In this document: positions 38,912 through 49,095 of the stretch, piece after piece
How the letters are laid out: each line of letters opens with the position of its first letter
How positions within the stretch are numbered: the stretch's first letter is position 1
From: Planctomycetaceae bacterium
Lineage (GTDB): Bacteria; Planctomycetota; Planctomycetia; Isosphaerales; Isosphaeraceae
DNA: 64,000 bases
Assembly: GCA_040374745.1 (NCBI GenBank)
Contig: JBEITT010000014.1
Coordinates: 4,680-68,679 of the forward strand
Direction of reading: 5' to 3'
Notes under the pieces: generated by a model
Told to the model about the DNA's origin: nothing
Database searches by the model: none
Seen by the model: the letters and a program-made list of their open reading frames with translations, nothing else
Translations under genes and position numbers: made by a program

Positions 38912-39207
38912 CGTTCCGATCTCCTTATCATATACCAGCGATGTGCTTGCATTCACCGGATTTAAGGTGGTCGAAATGGTTTTCACCACCCTGGCCGGAA
39001 TACCAGTTCTGATAAAATATGACACACATTCCGCCGCGAGCGAGGGCACCATGGGCCAATCGATCTTCCCATTGACCGGCCTGATCGGTACGATGCTTAC
39101 TGACGTCCCATTTTGACACCCTCGGCACAGCTGTTCATCCATGCATGCATGGCCAGTTTGTTTCATTGGGTGCCGTCGATTGAACCCTGCACCACTATTG
39201 CATCGTA

Positions 39208-39807
39208 ATGATATTGCTGATTGATAATTACGACTCATTCACCTACAACATCGTGCAGCGATTGGGCGAGATAGACCCGACGCTGGAAGTCGCGGTTTAT
39301 CGCAACGACCAGCTAACTATTGAGCAGATCGAAGCATTGGCGCCCGAAAAAATTATCATTTCGCCTGGGCCATGTACGCCTAAAGAGGCCGGAATTTCTT
39401 GCGATGTCATCAAACATTTTGGTGGCAGAATTCCAATTCTGGGTGTCTGCCTGGGTCATCAATGTATGGGCGAGGCTCTTGGCGGCAAAGTGGTGCGGGC
39501 CGACAACATCATGCATGGCAAGACATCGTTAATTTATCATGATGGAAAAGGTGTCTATCGTGACATTCCAAGCCCTTTTGAAGCAACGAGATACCACAGT
39601 CTGGTGATTCATCCTGGCCATGTTCCCGAAGGCATGGAAGTGGTGGCCTGGACAGACCAGAAAGAAATTATGGGTGTGCGCCACAAATCATGGGAGATGG
39701 AGGGCGTGCAGTATCACCCGGAAAGCTTTCTTACATCGCACGGCATCAAACTGCTGGCCAATTTTGTCGAGCGGACCTGGCCAACCGAGCCGCCAAGGAC
39801 CGGATGA
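39208..39807 (+). CDS. trpG: anthranilate/aminodeoxychorismate synthase glutamine amidotransferase component
   Basis: MILLIDNYDSFTYNIVQ, catalytic GVCLGHQ, and HPES. trpG versus pabA cannot be distinguished from sequence alone. Confidence 0.9.
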   Translation: MILLIDNYDSFTYNIVQRLGEIDPTLEVAVYRNDQLTIEQIEALAPEKIIISPGPCTPKEAGISCDVIKHFGGRIPILGVCLGHQCMGEALGGKVVRADNIMHGKTSLIYHDGKGVYRDIPSPFEATRYHSLVIHPGHVPEGMEVVAWTDQKEIMGVRHKSWEMEGVQYHPESFLTSHGIKLLANFVERTWPTEPPRTG

Positions 39808-39837
39808 ATATTTCGTAACATTCTGTGAGGAGAGGGT

Positions 39838-41079
39838 TTGATGCTGAGTGTTGACGAAGCTTTCCGGCAGGTGATCGGCTGGTGCGAGGCACTGTCAGTG
39901 TCGGAACGCACTCTGGACGAGTGCATGGGTGCCATTCTGATGGAGGAAGTGCTTGCAGACCAAGATCTTCCGCCATTTGACAAGGCTCTGGCTGACGGCT
40001 TCGCCATAGCTTCGCAGGATTTGGTAAACAAGCGTTCGGCCTTTCAGGTAGTGCAGACGATCCGGGCGGGTAGCAACCCCACGGTTTCGCTTTCTGCCGG
40101 ACAGGTGGCCCGGATTATGACTGGTGCTCCATTGCCTCCCGGAGCCGATGCCGTAGTCATGTGGGAACATGTGCAGCAGATCGGGACCGATCAGATTGTG
40201 GTTCCTCCTGACAGGCCGGTTCGGCCGGGGCTGAACGTGCTGGCCCGGGGGCGTGAAATCGCACGTGGCGAAATTGTTCTGCCGCGAGCCATTCGCTTAA
40301 ATGGGGCGGCGATTGGTGTTCTTGGCTCGGTTGGGCGAAGCCGTGTGAAGATTGTACCTCCGCCTCGTATCCGTATAGTACCCACAGGCGACGAACTGGT
40401 GGAAATTGACCAGCAGCCTGGCCCGGCTCAGATTCGAAATTCTAATGCTTATGTGCTGAGGTCGCTGATCGATCAGGCCGGAGGCCTTCCTGAGGTGATG
40501 CCCATTGCCAAAGACGACCCGGCCTCGCTTGCTGAAAGCCTTGCAGCTGGCCTTCATGCCGACATCCTGATCGTCACGGGCGGCGTCTCAACCGGCGAAG
40601 CGGATTTTGTCCCCGATGTGCTTGCCACATTGGGCGTTGAGCCTGTTTTTCATCGCGTCAGGCTAAAGCCGGGCAAGCCGCTCTGGTTTGGTGTGCGTCA
40701 CTCGGCTGAAGAACTGGGGCAGAAGCCAGTGCGTAAGGTGCTGGTTTTTGGGCTGCCGGGCAACCCGGTAAGTGTGGTTGTCAATTTCCTGCTTTTCGTG
40801 AAGCCGGCGATAATGGCACTACGAGGAATTTCTACTGAACCTGCTGTTCACTCAACAGTTACGTTAGGTGAAGCCGTTGAAAATCGTGACGAACGACCGT
40901 CATATATCCCCGCCCGCTTAAGTAGAAGGCACGACCGCGTGGTGGCCGAAACGGTTAACTGGGCCGGCTCTAATGATCTTCGGGGTGCTGCTCTGGCCGA
41001 TGGGTTTATTCTTGTGCCCGGTGGGCCATGCCGTCTGGCAGCCGGTTCAAGTGTCTCGTTTTTGCCTTTGCTTACCTGA
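39838..41079 (+). CDS. moeA: molybdopterin molybdotransferase
   Basis: MoeA/gephyrin-E pattern: PPFDKALADGFA, TGAPLPPGADAVV, IRNSNAY, TGGVSTGEADF, KPGKPLWFG. Confidence 0.9.
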   Translation: MMLSVDEAFRQVIGWCEALSVSERTLDECMGAILMEEVLADQDLPPFDKALADGFAIASQDLVNKRSAFQVVQTIRAGSNPTVSLSAGQVARIMTGAPLPPGADAVVMWEHVQQIGTDQIVVPPDRPVRPGLNVLARGREIARGEIVLPRAIRLNGAAIGVLGSVGRSRVKIVPPPRIRIVPTGDELVEIDQQPGPAQIRNSNAYVLRSLIDQAGGLPEVMPIAKDDPASLAESLAAGLHADILIVTGGVSTGEADFVPDVLATLGVEPVFHRVRLKPGKPLWFGVRHSAEELGQKPVRKVLVFGLPGNPVSVVVNFLLFVKPAIMALRGISTEPAVHSTVTLGEAVENRDERPSYIPARLSRRHDRVVAETVNWAGSNDLRGAALADGFILVPGGPCRLAAGSSVSFLPLLT

Positions 41080-41111
41080 TCAACGGTCACTCCAGGGTTT
41101 ACAAAAAGTTC

Positions 41112-42827
41112 ATGGATGATCAACTTCTGGAAACTGAATTGGCTCAACGGCCGGAATTTCAGGCAACATCTGCAAAATCAGGTTGGTTGCCTGAGTTACG
41201 GGCAATCTGTTCGGGCGGATTGCTCTGGGCGGCCTTTCCGCCAAACAATCTCTGGTATCTTGCCTGGGTGGCGCTGGTGCCTCTGGCCGGAATCTGGGTG
41301 GATCATCCGAAACTGAGTCGCCGCAGGCTTTTACGTATAGGTCTGGTGGGCGGGTTGACGTTCTGGCTCCTGGCCATAAAATGGGTGCGGCTATCCGACC
41401 CTTCGGCCTGGGTGGGCTGGCTGGTCATGTCGCTTGCGCTGGCGGTGTGGTGGCCAATTATGTTATTACTGGTCAGGCAGTTGCATCAAATCAAAAATTG
41501 GCCATTGTTGCCCTCGTGGGTGGTGACGTGGGGCTTTCAAGAGTTTGCCAGGGAATATTACCTGAGCGGTTTTCCGTGGTATTATCTGGCCCACACGCAT
41601 TATCGTCAGGTCTGGCTGATTCAGGTTGCTGACATTGCCGGCACAACGGCAATCAGTCTCTTGATGATTGCAGTGAATGTGCTGATTGCCGAATGGTTTT
41701 TTGGAGGCCAACCGGGCTGGCAGACTGCACCCAAAGGCTGGAAAAGAGGTGTGGTTTTCTGTGGCCTGTGCCTATGTTTTTGTTTAGTTTACAGTCAATT
41801 TCGTACAAAACTGACCAAGTTCATACCCGGCCCACGTGTGGCTCTCCTGCAGTCTGATATTCCGCAGTCGCGTCGTTTGAATCCGGATCAGAATGATCTT
41901 GTCGAAACTTATCGCAGGCTCACACAGAAAGCACTTGACCAACACCTTAAAACATTCCCTGATAACAGTTCCACGCTTGATCTGATCATCTGGCCAGAGA
42001 CGTCATTTCCTTATCCGGTGCTGGTGGGCGACCCAACACTGAATGAACCGTCATATAAAAGAGTGCTGAAAGAATATATTGAAAGTGAACAGGCGGTGGA
42101 TGACTGGTATGCCCATCGCAATGAGTCGCAGGAAATGATGAATGCGTGGGCGAAACAGGCAACCGCAGCAATAATGGTGGGGGCCAATGCGTGGGACATC
42201 AGCCCGAAAGGTTTTCGTAAGTATAACACAGCTATCATGTTCCAGCCTGATTTGCCGGTTGTGCATTATTATAAGATGCATCTGGTGCCTTTTGGCGAAT
42301 ACATTCCGTGGACCGACTTTTTGCCAATAGTGGCCGAGTTGGCTCCGTTTCCGCCTGACCAGCGGCCAAACCTGAAGCATGGGGAAGTGGCTCGGCTGCT
42401 ATCATTGAAAAATCGTTGGAAGATGGCACCTTTGATCTGTTTTGAAGACACGGTGCCGCATGTGGTGCGTCGGTTTTTTGCGGGGAACGCTCGTTCAGAT
42501 CAGGACAGTGACGTTGATTTATTTGTGAATATTTCAAACGACGGCTGGTTCCGGGGCTCTGAGGAGCACGAGACGCATCTTTCGGCAAGTGTTTTTCGGT
42601 GCGTTGAGACAAGAACAGCCATGGTTCGTTCCGTCAATACCGGTATTTCTGCGATTATTGATGGCAATGGTCGGGTTGTATCGGAAATCCCGATCGGGCG
42701 GGAGGATGTACTTACAGGTGTGGTTCCGATTGATACAAGATCAAGTGTTTACAATACTTGTGGCGATCTATCCGGGGTCGTTTCCAGTCTTCTCGCTGTG
42801 TTGGGATGCCTGTTTCGAAGGCGATAG
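41112..42827 (+). CDS. lnt: apolipoprotein N-acyltransferase
   Basis: Polytopic N-terminal half, then CN-hydrolase motifs IIWPETSFP, KMHLVPFGEYIP, and LICFEDT. Start placed at ATG 41112, just after the moeA stop. Confidence 0.9.
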   Translation: MDDQLLETELAQRPEFQATSAKSGWLPELRAICSGGLLWAAFPPNNLWYLAWVALVPLAGIWVDHPKLSRRRLLRIGLVGGLTFWLLAIKWVRLSDPSAWVGWLVMSLALAVWWPIMLLLVRQLHQIKNWPLLPSWVVTWGFQEFAREYYLSGFPWYYLAHTHYRQVWLIQVADIAGTTAISLLMIAVNVLIAEWFFGGQPGWQTAPKGWKRGVVFCGLCLCFCLVYSQFRTKLTKFIPGPRVALLQSDIPQSRRLNPDQNDLVETYRRLTQKALDQHLKTFPDNSSTLDLIIWPETSFPYPVLVGDPTLNEPSYKRVLKEYIESEQAVDDWYAHRNESQEMMNAWAKQATAAIMVGANAWDISPKGFRKYNTAIMFQPDLPVVHYYKMHLVPFGEYIPWTDFLPIVAELAPFPPDQRPNLKHGEVARLLSLKNRWKMAPLICFEDTVPHVVRRFFAGNARSDQDSDVDLFVNISNDGWFRGSEEHETHLSASVFRCVETRTAMVRSVNTGISAIIDGNGRVVSEIPIGREDVLTGVVPIDTRSSVYNTCGDLSGVVSSLLAVLGCLFRRR

Positions 42828-43107
42828 TTACGAAATAAATTTATCCAGCCTTCCTATTCAATACAAATTATGCAAATTATCTCAGTTATTTATTCTTCTG
42901 TATTTGCTCATCACGCTGATTTATTGTAAATTACGAAAGACTGATCCTAGTGTACCACTTGAATGTGTATTGGCTGTCGGTGGGGTTTGGAGAGGTAAAT
43001 CTTTGATTTATCCCTTGACCTTGGACGGTTTGAGTGGGATAGGATTACAGTAGTTGAAGTTTGGAGCAGGGGCTGCACTGGTCGAATTGAATCGGGAAGG
43101 TGTGGAC

Positions 43108-43629
43108 ATGGGCAAACTGGGCAAGCGACTGGTATTTGTACTGTTAAGCCTGTCATTGACGCTCATGGGTGTATCGTTCGCCGTGAATGCGACCGCCACG
43201 GACTGGAAGAGCAAATTAAAAGCTCAGTCTGAGGTTAAGGGCAGGCTTTCTTTGCGTCTTGAGGTGTTGACGAAGGCTATTGAGACCGAAGAGAGAGAAC
43301 TGGCTCTGGCTGCCAACCTGAAAGCCGACCAGGATAAGTCTTATGGTGCTCGTTTGACGCAGCTAAACGGCCGCGTTGCCGCCACCAAGAAGACGATGGA
43401 CAAGACACATACTGATTATCAGGCCTCACAGAATCAGTTCAGTACTGATCTGAAGGTTCAGGAAAAGATTTCAGCCGATCTGGCAGCCCTGCGAGAGCAG
43501 ATTGCGGCTGTTGAGAAGCAGAAGTCCGAATTTGATACACAGAACCAGCAACTGCTGGATTTGGTGAGCGAACTGGAGCGGGAAGTCGCGGAACTTCAGC
43601 GAGCCAGGGAACTGCTAAACGCGAAATGA
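43108..43629 (+). CDS. single-pass membrane coiled-coil protein (paralog 1)
   Basis: MGKLGKRLVFVLLSLSLTLMGVSFAV...DWKSKL followed by ~130 aa of heptad-like charged sequence. The N-terminus parallels the next gene. Confidence 0.6.
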   Translation: MGKLGKRLVFVLLSLSLTLMGVSFAVNATATDWKSKLKAQSEVKGRLSLRLEVLTKAIETEERELALAANLKADQDKSYGARLTQLNGRVAATKKTMDKTHTDYQASQNQFSTDLKVQEKISADLAALREQIAAVEKQKSEFDTQNQQLLDLVSELEREVAELQRARELLNAK

Positions 43630-43711
43630 ATTGGTCGATCTGCCGGAGTTGGATCCGGTGGATTCGCATGAGACCAGGGGACCTCAGTAACGTCGGGACG
43701 AGTGACCTGCC

Positions 43712-44569
43712 ATGACCCAACTCGGAAAATTATTGGTCGTTGCCATCACGATTCTTGCGATGGTCTTCCTTGGCCTTTCAACGGTCGTTTTTATGACGGC
43801 TGACAACTGGAAAGACAAGGCTCTCGCGGAAACGAAAAAACTAAAAGATAGCCAGGCGGAACTGAGCAAGGCACAGGAAGCCGCCCAGCAGGCCATCACG
43901 GAAGGTGAGCGGCTGGCGAACGAACACAAGAACCAGCTTGCCCAGAAGGAGCAGGTAATCCGTGATACGGAAAACCGAATGAAGCTGGTTGAAAATGACC
44001 TTGTTGAAGTTCGTAAGGAACTTTCCATCGCTCAGGCTACGGCGACGCTGAGTTCTGCTGAATCTGGCACGCGGGTAGCTGAGACGGAATCGCTGCGAGA
44101 TAGTCTCAGATCTGCTCAGGATCAGGCCAACACGCTAAAACTTCAGGAAAAAGATCTGAATCAGCGAGTGGTTGACCTTACCAAAGATTTGGAAACAGCA
44201 CGCAAAGTGAACAGTCGCTTGCGTGAAGAGGTTGCCACGCTAAGCACCACATTGACCAAAGCTGGACTTTCGGCTGATGTGAAGAACGTGACAGCTTTGG
44301 CCAGCCCACCTGAAGTTGAAGGGCAGATTTCACGGGTTGACGAAACGGGGCAGCGGATTGAGCTTTCCATCGGATCTGATGACGGTCTGGTGAAAGGTCA
44401 CGAGTTGTTCGTATATCGCCGCACACCTCAGGCCCAGTATATAGGCAAGATTCGTATCATCGCGACAGATCCGGAACGCTCTGTTGCGACCGTAGTTGGC
44501 AAAACTTACCTTGGCACTAAAGTGACGGAGGGTGACATTGTCTCCACCACGATCAAACCGCGGAGCTAA
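43712..44569 (+). CDS. single-pass membrane coiled-coil protein with C-terminal beta-rich domain (paralog 2)
   Basis: MTQLGKLLVVAITILAMVFLGLSTVV...DNWKDK, a long coiled coil, then GQISRVDETGQRIELSIGSDDGLVKGHELFVYRR...GDIVSTT. Confidence 0.65.
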   Translation: MTQLGKLLVVAITILAMVFLGLSTVVFMTADNWKDKALAETKKLKDSQAELSKAQEAAQQAITEGERLANEHKNQLAQKEQVIRDTENRMKLVENDLVEVRKELSIAQATATLSSAESGTRVAETESLRDSLRSAQDQANTLKLQEKDLNQRVVDLTKDLETARKVNSRLREEVATLSTTLTKAGLSADVKNVTALASPPEVEGQISRVDETGQRIELSIGSDDGLVKGHELFVYRRTPQAQYIGKIRIIATDPERSVATVVGKTYLGTKVTEGDIVSTTIKPRS

Positions 44570-44807
44570 AGCCGCTCCGGCCAAGGCGGCCAAAGCCGCC
44601 AAAAGTCGTCCGGCAGGGGGTGGATCCCGTTCAGCTGCTTCGGCGGGCTTATGGGATGAATATCACACGCTGCTTGCCGTATCTCTTGGGGCCATTATTG
44701 TCGGTGCGTTGATGCTGGTACTGGTTCTTAACAAGTACGGTTTCGACACGACAGCCAAGGGTGGCGCCAGCCTTGATTCGCCGGCAATCACACGCAATCT
44801 GGCTTGA
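44532..44807 (+). CDS. small basic protein with one C-terminal transmembrane helix
   Basis: ORF overlaps the end of the previous gene. KAAPAKAAKAAKSRPAGGG tail, then LLAVSLGAIIVGALMLVLVL. Start uncertain (GTG 44532, or TTG 44538 six nt after GGAGG). Confidence 0.4.
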   Translation: MTLSPPRSNRGAKAAPAKAAKAAKSRPAGGGSRSAASAGLWDEYHTLLAVSLGAIIVGALMLVLVLNKYGFDTTAKGGASLDSPAITRNLA

Positions 44808-44920
44808 TTATCGCGGCCTGTGTCGCACAAAATATTGAAATATTCAATCGGAGCGTGGTGGATCATTCCATCATGCTCTTCTATTTTTTAGGGTCCTGAC
44901 CTCTGCGGAGCATCTCTCCC

Positions 44921-46402
44921 ATGCGGATTGTCCTGGTGGCTTCCGAGGCTATGCCCTGGGCGAAAACCGGTGGCCTGGCTGATGTCGCCGGTGCTTTGCC
45001 TGAAGCACTAGCCGAACTGGGGCACGATGTCACTCTGGTGATACCAAATTACCGGATCGTCAGTCGGATCAGCCCCACACCTTCAGTCACGCCATGGCGC
45101 TATCAGGTGCCCCTTGGCGGTGGCCATGTTGAAGGTGGTGTATCCATGGGGCGATCGCCCCACGGGAATGTGCGGGTGCTTTTTATCGACCAACCGCAAT
45201 TTTTTGACCGCGAAGGTATTTATTCAGCCCACGGAGCCGATTTTCCTGACAACCCGGCCCGGTTCCTTTTTTTCAGCCGGGCAGCCATTGAAGCAGTGCG
45301 ACTGGCGGGTATCAAGCCTGACATATTTCATGTGAACGACTGGCACACTGGAATTCTGCCAGTTTATTTACGAGAATTTTATGCCGTTTGTCCGGAAGTC
45401 AGCGGTGCTGCCTGCGTCATGACGATTCATAACATGGCCTATCAGGGCCGCTATGGGCAGTGGGTTGTGCCGCTGGCCGAACTGCCTTGGCGGCTCTTTG
45501 ACTGGCGAGTGCTTGAATTCTATGGCCAGGCGAATTTTCTGAAAGCCGGCCTGGCCTACTCCCAGAAAATAACGACAGTCAGCCCGACTTACGCGCGTGA
45601 AATTCAGACACCAGATTATGGCCATGGGCTTGAAGGCCTTTTGCAACACCGTTCAGGAGATCTCAGCGGTATTGTCAATGGAGTTGACACCGACGACTGG
45701 AACCCCGCCACCGACCCCAACCTGCCGCAAAACTACGATATTCATTCGTTTGCCCGTGGCAAAGCGGCTTGCAAGGCTGTGCTGCAACAGCAGCTTGGTC
45801 TGCCGGTTGAGCCCGAAACCCCCATGCTGGCCCAGATTGGCAGGCTGGACATGCAGAAGGGTTGGGACTTGCTATTGCCGGTTGCTCATGACTTCCTCAG
45901 GCAACAGCATTGCCAATTGGTGGTGCTGGGCACAGGTGCCTGGAATTATCAGGAAGGGTTGATGGCATTAGAGCGACGATTTCCAAACCAGATTCGTGCC
46001 ATCATGCAGTTTTCGAACCCGCTGGCCCATCAGATTGAAGCCGCGGCTGACCTGTTTCTCATGCCCAGCCTTTATGAACCCTGTGGTTTGAACCAGATTT
46101 ACAGCCAGATTTATGGCACCATTCCTATAGTTCGTCGCACCGGTGGACTTGCCGACACCGTGACGGACCCGGCCGATGCCATTAACGGTGAGAAACCAGC
46201 TACAGGCATCGTCTTTAATCATGCTGATCAAAGCGGCCTTCGATGGGCTATTGACAGGGCTTTGGCCATCTGGCGCGAGCCCGCCAGACGCAATGAACTG
46301 ATTGAAGCGGGAATGAAGAAGGATTGGTCATGGCGAGCCAGTGCCCAGGAATATATTCGGGTTTATAAGTCGGCTATCGCAGCCATGAAAAAGACTGTTT
46401 GA
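44921..46402 (+). CDS. glgA: glycogen synthase (ADP-glucose type)
   Basis: MRIVLVASEAMPWAKTGGLADVAGALP and the GT5 C-terminal motif PSLYEPCGLNQ. Confidence 0.95.
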   Translation: MRIVLVASEAMPWAKTGGLADVAGALPEALAELGHDVTLVIPNYRIVSRISPTPSVTPWRYQVPLGGGHVEGGVSMGRSPHGNVRVLFIDQPQFFDREGIYSAHGADFPDNPARFLFFSRAAIEAVRLAGIKPDIFHVNDWHTGILPVYLREFYAVCPEVSGAACVMTIHNMAYQGRYGQWVVPLAELPWRLFDWRVLEFYGQANFLKAGLAYSQKITTVSPTYAREIQTPDYGHGLEGLLQHRSGDLSGIVNGVDTDDWNPATDPNLPQNYDIHSFARGKAACKAVLQQQLGLPVEPETPMLAQIGRLDMQKGWDLLLPVAHDFLRQQHCQLVVLGTGAWNYQEGLMALERRFPNQIRAIMQFSNPLAHQIEAAADLFLMPSLYEPCGLNQIYSQIYGTIPIVRRTGGLADTVTDPADAINGEKPATGIVFNHADQSGLRWAIDRALAIWREPARRNELIEAGMKKDWSWRASAQEYIRVYKSAIAAMKKTV

Positions 46403-46455
46403 AATTTCGCCAGCCGCAAAGGTCTCCCTATTGCAATCTCAAATAATTCATAAAT

Positions 46456-46483
46456 AAAAAACCCGCCGGATTTGCGGCGGGTT
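46456..46483. terminator. stem-loop terminator between glgA and the protease gene
   Basis: aaaaa-acccgccg-gatttg-cggcgggt: 8-9 bp stem. The T-run is on the minus-strand side, so it fits the protease gene best. Confidence 0.6.
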
Positions 46484-46514
46484 CATGTGCGAGCTGATGA
46501 TGTCCGGCGGCGAA

Positions 46515-47828
46515 TCAATAAGCACTGGCATTGATCAGTGGCTCATAGAAGGCGTCGGGATCGCCTGATGTGGAGCTCCAGGGAGCGATCCCAAACACAC
46601 CAGCAGGTCCGCTACTGAGATAGGCGGTCGGGGCGGACTTAATGACCGAATCTCTTATCTGAGCTGGTGTGAACAATGGGTTTCGGGCTTTGCACAGGGC
46701 CGCCGTGCCTGCCACGTGCGGCGATGCCATGGATGTTCCGCTAAGGGTTGAGTAGGTACCCCCCGGATAGGTGGAATTGACATTCACGCCAGGGGCAACC
46801 ACATCCACACCATTTTCGGCACCCGAGTCATCGGCATAGTTCAGTCCAAAATTACTGAAATAGGCCAGGGTTCCATCGGGAGAGAGCGCCGAGACGGTAA
46901 TCACACCATTATTAGTGCTGTTTGCGGGGCTTGTCGTTCTGGTGTCTGTCGCACTGTTACCCGCCGCTACAACAAAGACAACACCTGAGGCAACAGCTTT
47001 ATCAATTGCACTTTTGAGAGTGGGGCTGTCTCCCCCGCCCAGACTCATGTTGGCCACTTCTATGGTGCTGGCATTGGCCGTGACCCAGTCAACCCCTGCA
47101 ATCACGCCCGACATTGTTCCCGAGCCGGAATTATCCAGTACACGAACAGCCCAGAGCCTTGCCCCGGGTGCCACCCCCACCACGCCAATGGTGTTGTCTC
47201 TGGCCGCCACGGTGCCGGCCACGTGGGTTCCGTGGCCATTTCCATCGGTATAATTGCTTGCTGTGCGGCTGGTAAAATTTCTGCCACCGACCACGTTCAG
47301 GTCAGGATGAGTTTTGTCGATACCGGTATCAATAATGGCTACATCCACATCAACACTGCCAGAACCGTTCCCGGCAATTGTGGAACTGGTAGTCGCTCCG
47401 ATTCGCTGAATACCCCAGGGAATAGATTGGGCAGGCTGCGGAGGTGTCGAGCCACCCGAGCCTGGCTTGGCCTGGAGCTGAACGACCTGATCCTGTTCAA
47501 TATTGGCCACACGTGCATCAGCCTGAAGAGACTGCAAGGCGGCAGGTGTTAGATCTGCTGCAAAACCTTTGCGTGCATAGCCGTATTTGTGGACTACGCT
47601 GACTCCGTTTCGGTTTGCGACGGCATCAACCCGTCTCAGATCGCCGGGATTGTCGTCGATTCCAGGTTCTTCACTCAGTGTGACAATAAATCGCCCTGGA
47701 ATGTATTGTGGTCCCACCTGTGCCTGAACAGATGCCGCCGTGCCCAGAAAGGCAACCGCGAAGGCAAGAACATGAAAAGGTCGTGATTTTGAAATCTTTG
47801 TGAATGATCTGCCTGCTGCGGCCAACAT
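46515..47828 (-). CDS. secreted subtilisin-like serine protease (peptidase S8) with propeptide
   Basis: Catalytic triad contexts DTGIDKTHPDL, HGTHVAGTVAA, and GTSMASPHVAGTAAL. N-terminal signal peptide. Confidence 0.92.
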   Translation of the reverse strand: MLAAAGRSFTKISKSRPFHVLAFAVAFLGTAASVQAQVGPQYIPGRFIVTLSEEPGIDDNPGDLRRVDAVANRNGVSVVHKYGYARKGFAADLTPAALQSLQADARVANIEQDQVVQLQAKPGSGGSTPPQPAQSIPWGIQRIGATTSSTIAGNGSGSVDVDVAIIDTGIDKTHPDLNVVGGRNFTSRTASNYTDGNGHGTHVAGTVAARDNTIGVVGVAPGARLWAVRVLDNSGSGTMSGVIAGVDWVTANASTIEVANMSLGGGDSPTLKSAIDKAVASGVVFVVAAGNSATDTRTTSPANSTNNGVITVSALSPDGTLAYFSNFGLNYADDSGAENGVDVVAPGVNVNSTYPGGTYSTLSGTSMASPHVAGTAALCKARNPLFTPAQIRDSVIKSAPTAYLSSGPAGVFGIAPWSSTSGDPDAFYEPLINASAY

Positions 47829-48041
47829 TTCTCTACACTCCTTAAAGCTGGCAAGATTTGTAGCCTTGCGACCAACGATGCCTCATAGGAAGAAGACGGA
47901 AAAGAGTGTAAAACGTGACAGAGATTTTGATTCGTTTGTCAGTAATTCAGTTTTTCAGCAGTCAGATTAGAGTTGCTGCTTGGGTTTAGCATTTCAAAGA
48001 CAATGTCGAATCGTCCGGATTATTTCACGATTGTTCTGGCA

Positions 48042-49040
48042 TTACTCCAGCGTTAGCACCACTTTTCCAGCCAGCTTGCGAGATCCGCCCAGGGTCGCGT
48101 CTTCCAGAAACTGATGTGCTTCGGCCGTTTGATTTAAGGAGAATGTTTTGCCTACCAAAGCCCGAAGCTGGCCGGTGGCCGCCCAGCGAGTCATAACCTG
48201 TGCTGCTGAACGTTGCACCTCTGGCGGGAACTGGAACATCGCAAACCCGAAAATCGAAAGATTTCTGGGATAAAACGACCCCAGCGACGGAAAAACCGGC
48301 ACCGCAGTGCGGCCAGCCATCACGATAAATCGGCCGCCCTGGGCCAGCAGCGGAAAACTGCCGACAAAATCTGGCTCGCGCTGAGTTTCATACCACAGAT
48401 TTAAACCACCTGGCGCAAATTCCAGCAGCGATTGTGTAAGGTTACCTGAATTATAATTCACGACAAGATCGGCACCCAATTCGCGACAGAGCCGCATTTT
48501 TTCGTCGCTGCCTGCCGTGGTGGCTACACGGGCCCCGGCCGCCTTGGCCATTTGAATCACCATTGATCCCACTCCGCCAGAGCCACCCGAGACATAAACC
48601 GATTCGCCCGGCTGCAACCTGCCACGATCAAAAAGTCCCAGGTGGGCTGTGATTCCTGTCAGGGCCATTGCGGCCATATCTATGTCAGAAACACCGATCG
48701 GGGCAAGATAAAGCCAGTCCTCATGCACGCTGGCAAGCTCGCACGCCGTGCCCTGCCGCCCCACAATTCCCTGATTTGAGCCCCAAACGCGGTCGCCAGG
48801 CTTAAACCGGCTGACTTCTGCCCCAACTTCTACCACCTCGCCTGCCAGGTCGCAGCCCGGAACCTGCGGCTGGTTCAGCGGCATTGCCACTGTGCCTGCC
48901 CGCACATAAAGATCAATCGGGTTCAGGGCACTGGCACGCACCCGCACCCGCACGGCCCTGGGTTCAAGTGGTTGTTCGGGCAGATCGCCGTACTGAATTA
49001 CCGAGGCAGGACCAGTTGCTTTGAAATATGCAGCTTTCAT
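48042..49040 (-). CDS. NADPH:quinone oxidoreductase / zeta-crystallin-like MDR family protein
   Basis: MKAAYF...RVRVRASALNPIDLYVRAG, GDRVWG, and nucleotide-binding VSGGSGGVGS. Confidence 0.88.
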   Translation of the reverse strand: MKAAYFKATGPASVIQYGDLPEQPLEPRAVRVRVRASALNPIDLYVRAGTVAMPLNQPQVPGCDLAGEVVEVGAEVSRFKPGDRVWGSNQGIVGRQGTACELASVHEDWLYLAPIGVSDIDMAAMALTGITAHLGLFDRGRLQPGESVYVSGGSGGVGSMVIQMAKAAGARVATTAGSDEKMRLCRELGADLVVNYNSGNLTQSLLEFAPGGLNLWYETQREPDFVGSFPLLAQGGRFIVMAGRTAVPVFPSLGSFYPRNLSIFGFAMFQFPPEVQRSAAQVMTRWAATGQLRALVGKTFSLNQTAEAHQFLEDATLGGSRKLAGKVVLTLE

Positions 49041-49095
49041 TTTAGTTTTATTTCAGTCCGGGGTGGCTTGATTCAGGATCTACTTTACTGCGAAT

